Assembly (NCBI GenBank): GCA_964016885.1
Contig: OZ024746.1
Coordinates: 97,960,001 to 98,024,000 of the forward strand
Source of the DNA: Eledone cirrhosa
Lineage: Eukaryota
Length of the DNA stretch: 64,000 nt
Direction of reading: 5' to 3'
Part shown: piece after piece, positions 53,393 to 64,000 of the stretch
Numbering within the stretch: the first letter of the stretch is position 1
How the letters are laid out: every line of letters starts with the position of its first letter
Position numbers and translations under genes: made by a program
Notes under the pieces: generated by a model
The model's input: the letters and a program-made list of their open reading frames with translations, nothing else
What the model was told of the DNA's origin: nothing
Databases searched by the model: none

Positions 53393-54744
53393 GCTTTATG
53401 GTATTCGTTCAGCTCTCTACTCTCTGAGTTCAAATCCCACCGAGATCAACTTTACCTTTCATCCTTTCGAGGTCGATAAAAAGTACCAGTCTAGTAATGG
53501 GGTCGATTCTTCCTCTATATCTCTTTCTCATTTCCATTCTTTCGCTCTCTCTATCTTTCCCTAGAGAAAATATGCTGAGTTCAAACCTGGAATAGAGATG
53601 GGCTCTGCCAGGCTTTAAAATGCCCTAGAAATGCCGTATGTCACAACCATGCCTCGACAACCCCCCAAGAGTTACAGGACCATGCATACATACGCCCAAC
53701 AAATTAAATTGGATGTCAGGCAAAGGTGCAAGCTGTTTTTTTTGTTTTGCTTTTCTTAAATTACTTAAGTATATAAACTTTTACTCTTACATTTCTAATT
53801 TGTGTTGTACCAGCTTCCCCAGCACAATCATATAACCACAAAAATATATTTTGCGCTACAATACACAGTATATCTTCACTTTGCTTTTGCTTTTTTTTCA
53901 ACATGATTTCCATATTTCCTTTTGTTTTCCATCACTCCGAATGTCTTTCAATCAATCCTTCTCCCATTGCCCAAACTATTGCTGGATTTACAAGACATTA
54001 ATGTATATTAAGACAGTCAGTTCCAACAAGTTTTTGAAGCAAAGCAACAAATAATAAACTGTTTCAATGTCTGCATTTATATGATATCACTCACAGTCTT
54101 CTGAATGTCTTTACTGTAGAAAAACGTTTCTTACAATTTACATTACAGTTAAGTCATCAACTGCATTTCTTCTTTTATTTCGAATATTAAATACTTTTTT
54201 GTATAGTTTTTTTTATTGATACATTGATTAAGCTTTGGTTGCTTTGTGCTCTTTCAAAGTAATGCCATTCATTATTTCCTCAATTGACAGCATCGGTAGA
54301 GAGTCGAACCCATTCTTTGCGGTATAGAGTTACGGTCCTTTACTGTCTGAGTTCAAACCCCGCCGAGGTTAACTTTGCCTAACTGGGGTCGATTTAATCG
54401 ACTTTTCCCTCTCACAAAATTGTTGGACTTGTGTCTTTTTCAGAAATCATTATTTCCTCAATTTATTATGGTTTCTCTATTGGATCGATAATAAATCAGG
54501 TGTAACCAGCCTCTGGAAAACGCCTTCTCTATTCTGTCAGCCGGGGCCGCGGTGCAGCCAGCGCGTGGCCCCCATTTGTTTATAATAGTGAGGAAAGCGA
54601 GAGAGACGGAGGCAGTGAACGAAAGAAAAAGAAATCAACAGCTATTTACTTAATTATACTTATCATATGATGTTTTCCAGCGTTTTGCCCTCTCGTACCT
54701 GACACTAGCTTTCTGGGCTTTGGTTGTCGCCTTCTCTATCGATA

Positions 54745-55090
54745 GCCAATGTGTTAGCCCATCAGTTGTGGTTAGAATGTCTCAGCAAAAAAATTGCTGG
54801 ACAGATATTACGGACAAAACCAATCGGCAGAAGACCCAGGTATAGATCTCGAGCAAGACGGTTGGATAACATCCATGAGCTTGGCTGGTCTCGCTTGGGG
54901 ATCCAGCTGGATCATTTGGAGACGGTTGCTTCTGACAGGACCCGCTGGAGGGAGTGTTTGTGGACTCTGCTCTTATGACTCTCTCAAGAATAAGTGGGAG
55001 AAAAAGAAGAAGGAGAAGAAGAAGAAGAAGAAGAAGAAGAAGAAGAAGAAGAAGAAGAAGAAGAAGAAGAAGAATGATGAAGAATGATGA
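54745..55090 (+). mobile_element. RTE-like LINE 3' end with (GAA)n tail (related pieces at ~18480-18640 - and ~29770-30150 -)
   Basis: KPIGRRPRYRSRARRLDNIHELGWSRLGI...VASDRTRWRECL followed by (AAG)n. Confidence 0.75.
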
Positions 55091-55149
55091 AGTTTCGTTT
55101 ATATGTATTTAAATTTGTATTGTGTATCGACCTGTTACGCGCGTTTCGC

Positions 55150-55540
55150 AGAGGATTGGTTCAGGGTCATCCATATAAGTTATGGACCCGACTCCATTAT
55201 CGATCTTCACCTCAGACTGATGATGTGACAAAAGTAGAAGAAGAATCTGCTTTTATTCCCTTCCCTAATATGTCCCCTGTTGTCACCAGATGTTCTAGTA
55301 ATTCTCCTCTCATTATATCTCCATCGTGCCACCTATGAGGCTGTGACCCCATTAGTGCTTTGGAAACCAGAAGCAGTCACTAATAACAGGGGGCATAAGC
55401 TCTCTCCTACCCCGATGTCATCTCCAGAGATTCTGGTATTAAAATCCAGGATTTGGCAACGGCAATGAACTACAGACCTACGAGGAGATGAATTGTCGAG
55501 TCCATTTCGGCTGAGGCCTCCTGATGATGATGATGATATC
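55150..55540 (+). mobile_element. LINE 3' fragment with (GAT)n tail (similar decayed pieces at ~36620-36900 and ~38320-38640)
   Basis: ...LVLWKP...RGHKLS/YPDVISRDSGI..QDLATAM..R pattern typical of RTE-type C-termini. Confidence 0.55.
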
Positions 55541-55734
55541 TCCAAAGTAATATTATTGTTGCTACCAAACTGAAACTAATCTCGCTCTCCAAACGTGCTA
55601 TCTTTAGCTTCTCTTACAATTGACCAAACCTATTTTTCTGTTTATGGAATTCGGATTCATTCACACATTTTCATTACCTGATAACATGTAAGTAACGTAT
55701 TTATTTCCTTATACACAGACACACGTACACGCAC

Positions 55735-56543
<809 letters not shown>

Positions 56544-56551
<8 letters not shown>

Positions 56552-56882
56552 AGATCAAAAGATGGTTAAAGGAGTTCCATATATTTTATTATGCGCATTT
56601 CAAAAACAAACATCATCAAACAATAATATTTGTGTTTTCATCAGATAAAACAGGAGAACATGATATGAAGGCTAAAAAACACTTGTTGATAGTGCAGTTT
56701 TAAATCAACATATCATGTTGATTTAAAACTGCACTATCAACAAGTGTTTTTTAGCCTTCATATCATGTTCTCCTGTTTTATCTGATGAAAACACAAATAT
56801 TATTGTTTGATGAAGTTTGTTTTTGAAATGCGCATAATAAAATATATGGAACTCCTTTAACCATCTTTTGATCTTATATTAT
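56544..56882. repeat. Near-perfect palindrome, 168-bp arms, 3-nt loop
   Basis: The arms are reverse complements around ATC (56712-56714), with one visible mismatch. Confidence 0.95.
56776..56842 (+). ncRNA. Minimal hammerhead motif in a 339-bp palindrome
   Basis: TTTTAT-CTGATGA-aaacacaaa...tttgttttt-GAAA-TGCGCA-TA-ATAAAA; a mirror copy is on the minus strand at ~56584-56650. Confidence 0.75.
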
Positions 56883-56965
56883 GCATACTCCAGTCCCACA
56901 AACTGTAGAGTGCTTCTTATCCGATATCTGCATTGCTTTATTGTACTACAATAAAACTCACCTCC

Positions 56966-57019
<54 letters not shown>

Positions 57020-57669
57020 CAGTATCATTCTCTCGTCTGTCGTTGAGGAAGTTTTTCTAGAACGATGTTCACTACTTTATAATGAGAACTGTTTCAACTG
57101 TCTTCCATTACTGCAATGGAATGGATCTCCGTCGATGTCAACGATGAGTATTCCAGTTGTTCGATCAACGGAGCAGCCTACTTGTAAAGTTAATGTGCAA
57201 ATGGCTAAGTATTCCACAGACATGTGTATTCCCTTAACGGACTTCGCAGGGAGATTCAGCATGACACTGCGTGTAACAAAATCAGACCTTCGAATTACAC
57301 TTACCGTCCATTCTAGGGTAGTGTATTGGCAGTGTCAGTACAGTGTCGGACAACATGATTTGCAGCATAGAGTTATGTCCTTTTACGTTCTAAGTTCAAA
57401 TCCCGCCGAGGCTGGCTTTGCCTTCCATCCTTACGAGGTCGATAAAATAAAGTACTAGTAACGCACTGGGGTCGATTTAATCGGGTTTCAAAATAATTTC
57501 CGTCTATCAAATTTCACACAGAAAGTTTGGATTGGAATGTAGAGAGCTTCTGAAGTGACCTTGTCGTCCAGTTAACACAATCAAGACCATATAACACAAC
57601 TGGTAGGATTTAAGTATCAAAGATCTTAGCCTTCAAATGATAGGAAACTCGTTTTGATGTTAGTACTTC

Positions 57670-58040
57670 CTTGTTTTTGTTGAAAGCAGCCCAACCTAGA
57701 GCGAAGCGATATTGCACAGCAACCATTCCAGAACCACATCATGAGACTTATGACTGGCAAGCGGCTCAGCGACCGTATCTGTATCAGTGAGCTGCTCAAC
57801 ATTACCAAACTTAGACCAATTACATCAATTGTCAAGTCAAAAGTACTCAAACTATACAGTCATATAAAAAGATCATCTCGTGGTTATGCCTAGAAGGAAG
57901 GTTGGCTGGTAGGAGAAGCAGAAACCGGCAGCCAAAACGATGGTTTAACAATGTCAATTTATGGACTGGACTTGATCTTTGTTCTTTGACTCTGCTGCTG
58001 GTGATCGAACTTTGTGAAGAGAGATATCACATGTTAATGT
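57670..58040 (+). mobile_element. Decayed RTE-like LINE 3' fragment
   Basis: ...VKSKVLKLYSHIKRS...LEGRLAGRRSR.RQPKRWFNNV..WTGL...AAGDR.LW. Confidence 0.6.
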
Positions 58041-58944
58041 GCAGTCTGTAACTGGCGGGGTTTAGCGTAAAAAAAAAAGTTTGGATTGACCTGGCTAGGG
58101 TATATGACACTTAACCAAAATACCACGCTTTTGGGATCGAACCAGAAAGCTTATAATTGCAAAGTGAACTTCTTAACCATTCAACTGTGCTGTGTCAATT
58201 TATCCATTTATTAATCAGTAAGAGAAATCAATATTAATTGATGACCTGGTACAGTGGAGACATTCCCAAATTCCGGGAACGTGACTTTTTTCAATTTAGC
58301 TTTGCTAAAACTAACGACATTACCTAAAGGAGTTGGTATTCTATATCGTATACAAACTCTATCTCCTTACACTGTGGTATCAAATATGGATTATCCATCC
58401 ATTAAAAAAGAGAGAAGAAAGATTTATCTATTGATGCAGGCATAGTTGTCTGGTTAAGGAATGAATTCGTTTTGCAACCATGTAATTCTGGGTTTTGTTC
58501 TTTTATTCCGTACCTTCGACAAGTCTCTTCTACTACAGCCCTGAGTTGAGCTGAGCATGGCATTGTGAGTAGTATTGGAGAGAAAAAAATTTCATAACTA
58601 TGTTGCATATATATATATATATGTTGTTGTTGTTGTTGTTGTTAGAGCTCACACCTATGTAGGTTTAGCTGGTCTCATTGGAAGTTCGAGAATTGAACTC
58701 ACAACCTTTCGATTGCAAGCCCAATGCTCTAACCACTAATTCTCAGATCGGGTGATGTGTTGTTTTCTTGAGCAAGACACTTTATTTCACGTTGCTCCAG
58801 TTTACTCAGCTGTAGAAATGAGATGATAGGACTGGGGTTTCTATCCTTAAAAACACCCAAGAAACCTCAAATGAGATGCAACCTAGGAGGAAGCCAGCTA
58901 AACCTACATAGGTGAGCCTACACTAACTTCACATTACACTCCCT

Positions 58945-59044
<100 letters not shown>

Positions 59045-59530
59045 AGGGAGTGTAACGTAGGTTCACCCAGGTGAAGACTAGATGTTGAGGTTCACGTCAG
59101 TGGCGACGTGTAGAGCTAAGCAGAGTGAAATATAATAATTATTTCTGCTTTTGGCGCAAGGCCAGCAATTATCCCAGTGCGTAACTGGTACTTTATTTTA
59201 TCAACCCCGTAAGGATGAAAGGCAAAGTTAACCTCGGCGGGATTTGAATTGAGACCGTAAAGGGACGTAACTCTATGCTGCAAAGCATGGCGTCCGACTC
59301 TCTACTGATACTGCCATATACAAGGACGATTTGTTAAGCCTTCATTACGTTTATTGTTTGATGGTTCTGTCATTACTGCAGCAGAGATCCGACGAGCTTT
59401 TGATTCCAGAGTTGGGCCAGATCGATACAGATCGAACCTTGAGCTGATCAATAACGAAACGCGCATCACCAATCAATAAACGTAATGAAGATTTAACAAA
59501 TCGTCCTCGTATTATATATATAAATATATA

Positions 59531-59661
<131 letters not shown>

Positions 59662-59670
59662 TTGTGTGTG

Positions 59671-59736
<66 letters not shown>

Positions 59737-60202
59737 TTTATCGGAATGCAGCTTTAGCACTCGATAGAGAATAACACCCAGAGTAATAACAATACGTTTA
59801 GACAGCTTTGCAAATCAAATATAGCGACCGACAGTCTGGCCGCATTGCCATAGCAACGAAAATGGTAGGACTCAGGAAAATATATATATAGGAAAATGTA
59901 TGACAACTGTAATACATTTTCTTATTACCCACTCTACTACCCTAAGTATTGAGTACTCTGGTTGTTATGGTCCATCTGGTTCCTTACCACAACTCCTTCG
60001 TTATATATATATATATATATATTTACTGTAGTATAAATTTGGTTGAAATATCCAAGGGTAAGAACACTCAGTCATTAGGGTGGGTTAACTCATTCAGCCT
60101 GTTATATAAAAATAAATTTTCTTTTCATATAACAGGCTGAATTTGGGGTGAATAACCCAACGAAACTTAAGTATAAGTACCTGTGTATGTCGTTGTTGTA
60201 AC

Positions 60203-60255
<53 letters not shown>

Positions 60256-60257
<2 letters not shown>

Positions 60258-60298
60258 CGAGCTGAGGATCCGCTAAGGTGAAACAATTGTTCTCTGTA
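60256..60298 (+). ncRNA. Minimal hammerhead motif in a short element between (TA)n tracts
   Basis: TACGAG-CTGAGGA-tCCgctaaGGt-GAAA-CAATTG-TT-CTCtGTA. Confidence 0.6.
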
Positions 60299-60407
60299 TG
60301 GTGAACTAACTGTTGTGTAACCACTTCTACCTAACTCGTCCCATGGACTGAGTGCTCTACCACTACGGATATTACCTTCCAGTGTTCTACCACTATATAT
60401 GTTCTAC

Positions 60408-60469
<62 letters not shown>

Positions 60470-61715
60470 GTGTGTGTGTGTGTGTGTGTTTGTATCTCCG
60501 TGTCTGTGTCTATGTATCGTAGTTTGATGCTTCGACAAAAAAGACACCAATAAACTAAGTACCAGAGTGAGAAAAATGAGTACTGGGGTTGATATGATAG
60601 ACTAAATCATGGCAGTGCCCTAGCATAGCCACGGTCTAATGACTAAAACCAGTAAAAGAGAAAATCACACAAATTCAAGTTATATCAATTACATTCAATG
60701 GATTTATCAGGCTTTACTATGCTTAGTCATGTATTTCTTCAATGAATTTTCGAAGAATTGTATCCTGTGACAAATTCGAGTTGATATTAATTGAATTAGT
60801 TTTGTTAACATTTCTGAAGCAATCCAAAGATAGTTTAATGCAGATAGTATAGGCCATTGTGGAATAATCAACTGATATTTGAAATAAATATAAAAATATT
60901 TTCTGCATTTTATTTCGATCATGTTATAAAACGGAATACTGAGGTGGGATTCAATAAAAAAAAATCTTTATATATTTAGTATATATATATTTTTTAAAAC
61001 TATCTTTAAAACTATTATTTCTTTGATTAATGCGTTTAATCTATTTGAAACTATCAAATTATAACGTAATCTTAATCGTTAACCCCTAATTTAGTGCCTT
61101 GTCAACGGATGATAGATAGTACAATGTTTTTATACCCATTTTGATACCAAACTGCCTGAAAACGTTCCCGGTTCTTCGATACAAATCAATATATTTTAAA
61201 GTGCTGATATTGATCTATAAATCCCTTCCGTTATATTGTTATATTTCGCGAGGGCCATGTTGCCCTAATATTGTCACTATTTGGTTGGGCTTTCATTTCA
61301 GTATATTTTCCTTCTCTTTCTCAACCGCGTTCCTGCTTACGGCAGTTCTAATGGAGATGTTTTAACGCAAAGTCACACAAGGATTAGCAAAATGGCGATT
61401 ATCACTTTGAAAGAAACAATTATGCAATAAATAGTTGTTATTGACACGTCTCGCATCCTCATTTGGCAATGTGTAAAATTTTAGCGAGATCGGGTGAACA
61501 ATACGCAAGTTATAATACTTTACACACACAGACAGAACGGGACTTATATAGTATATATATATATATATATATATATATAGGAACCAGTAAGACCCCGACA
61601 GCTGAGCTCAAGCCGTTTCGACGGCTAATTCTGGACTTACTGGAAGGTAATATCCTATATATATATATATATATTAAATAAATGGAAACTATATTTATAA
61701 AACCATATTTATTCT

Positions 61716-62599
61716 TATACTTTGGGAGGGTCATGTTGCCAATAAGAAACACACGCACCAGATGCTTTCATTCCAATTTATTATAAATTAAATTTATAAA
61801 TTTAAGAAATTTATTATAAATTTCCGGTTGGTTGGTTGGTTCCACAACCGGACGGTTGTTCATATGTTGTCAAAGTTCTTTCGTCACACATTCTGTGACC
61901 TCTTCAGTGACTGGAGATTCTTCTCTTTGTTTTGTGCCTCTCTTTTGTTCTGTCCTACGCCATCTTGTTTTTGTGTGTGTTGTGTGCTTAGTTTGCGCAG
62001 GTGTTACATCCGGGTATCTGTGTGTGTTTTTATTTGTTTATTTATTTGTTTATTTATGTTACTGGTTGGTTGTTTGTTCTATGTGTGTGTGTTTTCATTT
62101 TGTCCTTAATTGTAAGTTGTGATGTTGCTATTCCATTTATGTTTTCTATTTAATTTTGGTTGGAGTTCATTTATGTTTATTGCCTCTGTGAATTGTCTAA
62201 ACATGGCGTCTTTTCTGTGTGTAAATTTTATTTTTATTTCTATGTTCTCTAATTTGCCCTTATGTTCTATTTTAGCATGTTGGTGGAGTACTGATGAATC
62301 TTTTCTATCTTGAAGCTCACGCCAGTGTTCATTTAATCGTTCTCCTACACTACGAGCTGTCTCACCTATATACACTATATTCTTATCTTTAAATTGTCCT
62401 TCAGTACATCTTATGCTATATACTATGTTTCTAGTTTTACAGTTAATATAGTTTACAGATTAGTTTACAGATTATGCATTTCTTATCTATACAGGGAGGT
62501 CTTTGAAAAGGGTGTGTATTATTAATAAGTGTTTTTATGGAGGTACCTGGTCTTTCTACTATCTTAATATTTTGTTTAAGTTTATCTAGGGCCAGTCTG
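61716..62599 (-). mobile_element. Second Penelope-like element 3' fragment (GIY-YIG + 3' UTR), nested in a hammerhead element
   Basis: The minus strand reads NCKTRNIVYSIRC...IVYIGETARSVGERLNEH...SSVLHQHAKIEH...DAMFRQFTEAININELQPKLNRK. It is flanked by the direct repeat TATTTATTCT (61706-61715 and 62600-62609). A hammerhead-like core lies at 61869-61911. Confidence 0.8.
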
Positions 62600-62603
62600 T
62601 ATT

Positions 62604-62664
62604 TATTCTATTATATACATTTCAAGGGTACCAAAACTTTGGTACGCCCTCATCAGATAAAATA
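62604..62664 (-). ncRNA. Minimal hammerhead motif (family of 1225-1288)
   Basis: Minus strand: TATTTTAT-CTGATGA-gggcGTACCAAagttTTGGTACcctt-GAAA-TGTATA-TA-ATAGAATA. Confidence 0.7.
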
Positions 62665-62798
62665 CAAAGTTTGTTTTATAAATATTGACATAACCAGGAA
62701 GAAGATCTTAACGGTTCAAGTTTTTCTTATCGAGTGCTTCGAATCAGTTATAAACATTTATATTTGTTGAATTACCAACAAATTAAATATCCCTTTTG

Positions 62799-62842
<44 letters not shown>

Positions 62843-62872
62843 TATATTTGTGTTTATCTCTCTTGTATATTC

Positions 62873-63073
<201 letters not shown>

Positions 63074-63376
63074 ATTAACCCCAAAGTTGACCTTTGCTTG
63101 ATTTTGAACTCAGAGCGCAGAATCGAATACTTTTGCATATTCGCCGTCTCATAATATTCGAGAGATTATTACAGGTGAGGAATTCAATAGATGTTTTGTA
63201 ATATTCATTCCAATTCTCTGCACAAAGTGTTCATTTGCAGCTGATGTCAACTTAGCTTTTCACTCTTCCCTGATTGATAAAAGTAAGTACCTGTCAAGTA
63301 CTGGGGTCGACTTAATCGCACTTCCCCAAAACGAAATGCTGACCACGTGTCTAAATCAGAAAGCATGATATCATTG

Positions 63377-63985
63377 GCGGTGGATTGGCAGTATCGGTTG
63401 AAGGTCGGACGCTATGCTTTACAGCATAGAGTTACGGCCCTTTATGATCTGAGTTCAAATCCCGCCGAGGTTAACTTTGCCTTTCATCCTTACGGGGTCG
63501 ATAAAATAAAGTACCAGTAAAGCACTTGGGTTGATTTAAACGACATTCACATCCCCTAAAATTGCTGGCCTTGCGCCTATAGTAGAAATCATTATTTCAA
63601 ATAGAGGCATAGAGTTACAACCCTTTACATTCTGAGTTCAAATCCCGCCAAGGTTAGCTTTGCCTTTCATCCTTACGGGGTCGATAAAATAAAGTACCAG
63701 TAATGCACTGGCGTTGATTTAATCGACTTGACCATTCTCCAAAGCTGTTGACCTTGTGTCTAAACCAGAAACCATTATTTCAAATAATAGGGCGTTGGAT
63801 TGACAGTATCGATAGAGGGTCTGCCGCCATGCTTTGCAGCACAGACTTACGGCCCTTTATGGCTCGAGTTCAAATCCCATCGATGTTAACTTTGCCTTTC
63901 CTTCTTACGGTGTCGATAAAATAAAGCACCAGTAATTCACTGGGGTAACTGCTGGCCTTATGCCAAAAATAGAAACCATTGTTTC
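63377..63985 (+). mobile_element. Three tandem copies of SINE family A
   Basis: Units at ~63377-63595, ~63605-63780 (5'-truncated) and ~63790-63980, each ending AGAAA(T/C)CATT(A/G)TTTCAAATA. Confidence 0.85.
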
Positions 63986-64000
63986 AAATAGCACTTAAAA

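Overview
Eukaryotic, AT-rich, repeat-dominated DNA. The SINE families and the (TA)n/(CA)n load suggest an octopod cephalopod (inference). One host coding exon is supported: a minus-strand exon (ATG 7255 to GT donor after 6787) encoding a signal-like N-terminus plus a complete agrin N-terminal (NtA) domain. So 1-6786 is probably intron and the remaining ~57 kb is upstream sequence. The rest consists of tRNA-derived SINEs, RTE- and CRE-type LINE 3' fragments, two Penelope-like (GIY-YIG) retroelement remnants, hAT/Tc1/pogo/piggyBac MITEs, a Helitron, a probable solo LTR and several TE-derived satellites. The most striking hidden signal is about a dozen minimal hammerhead-ribozyme motifs from several distinct Penelope-like families, usually next to (TA)n tracts and often folded back into long palindromes. 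One is a U3-A8 core variant. Several otherwise unrelated families share a small ACTC...GAGTGCT hairpin downstream of the ribozyme. All alignments and folds were done by eye, so coordinates of degenerate repeats are approximate.
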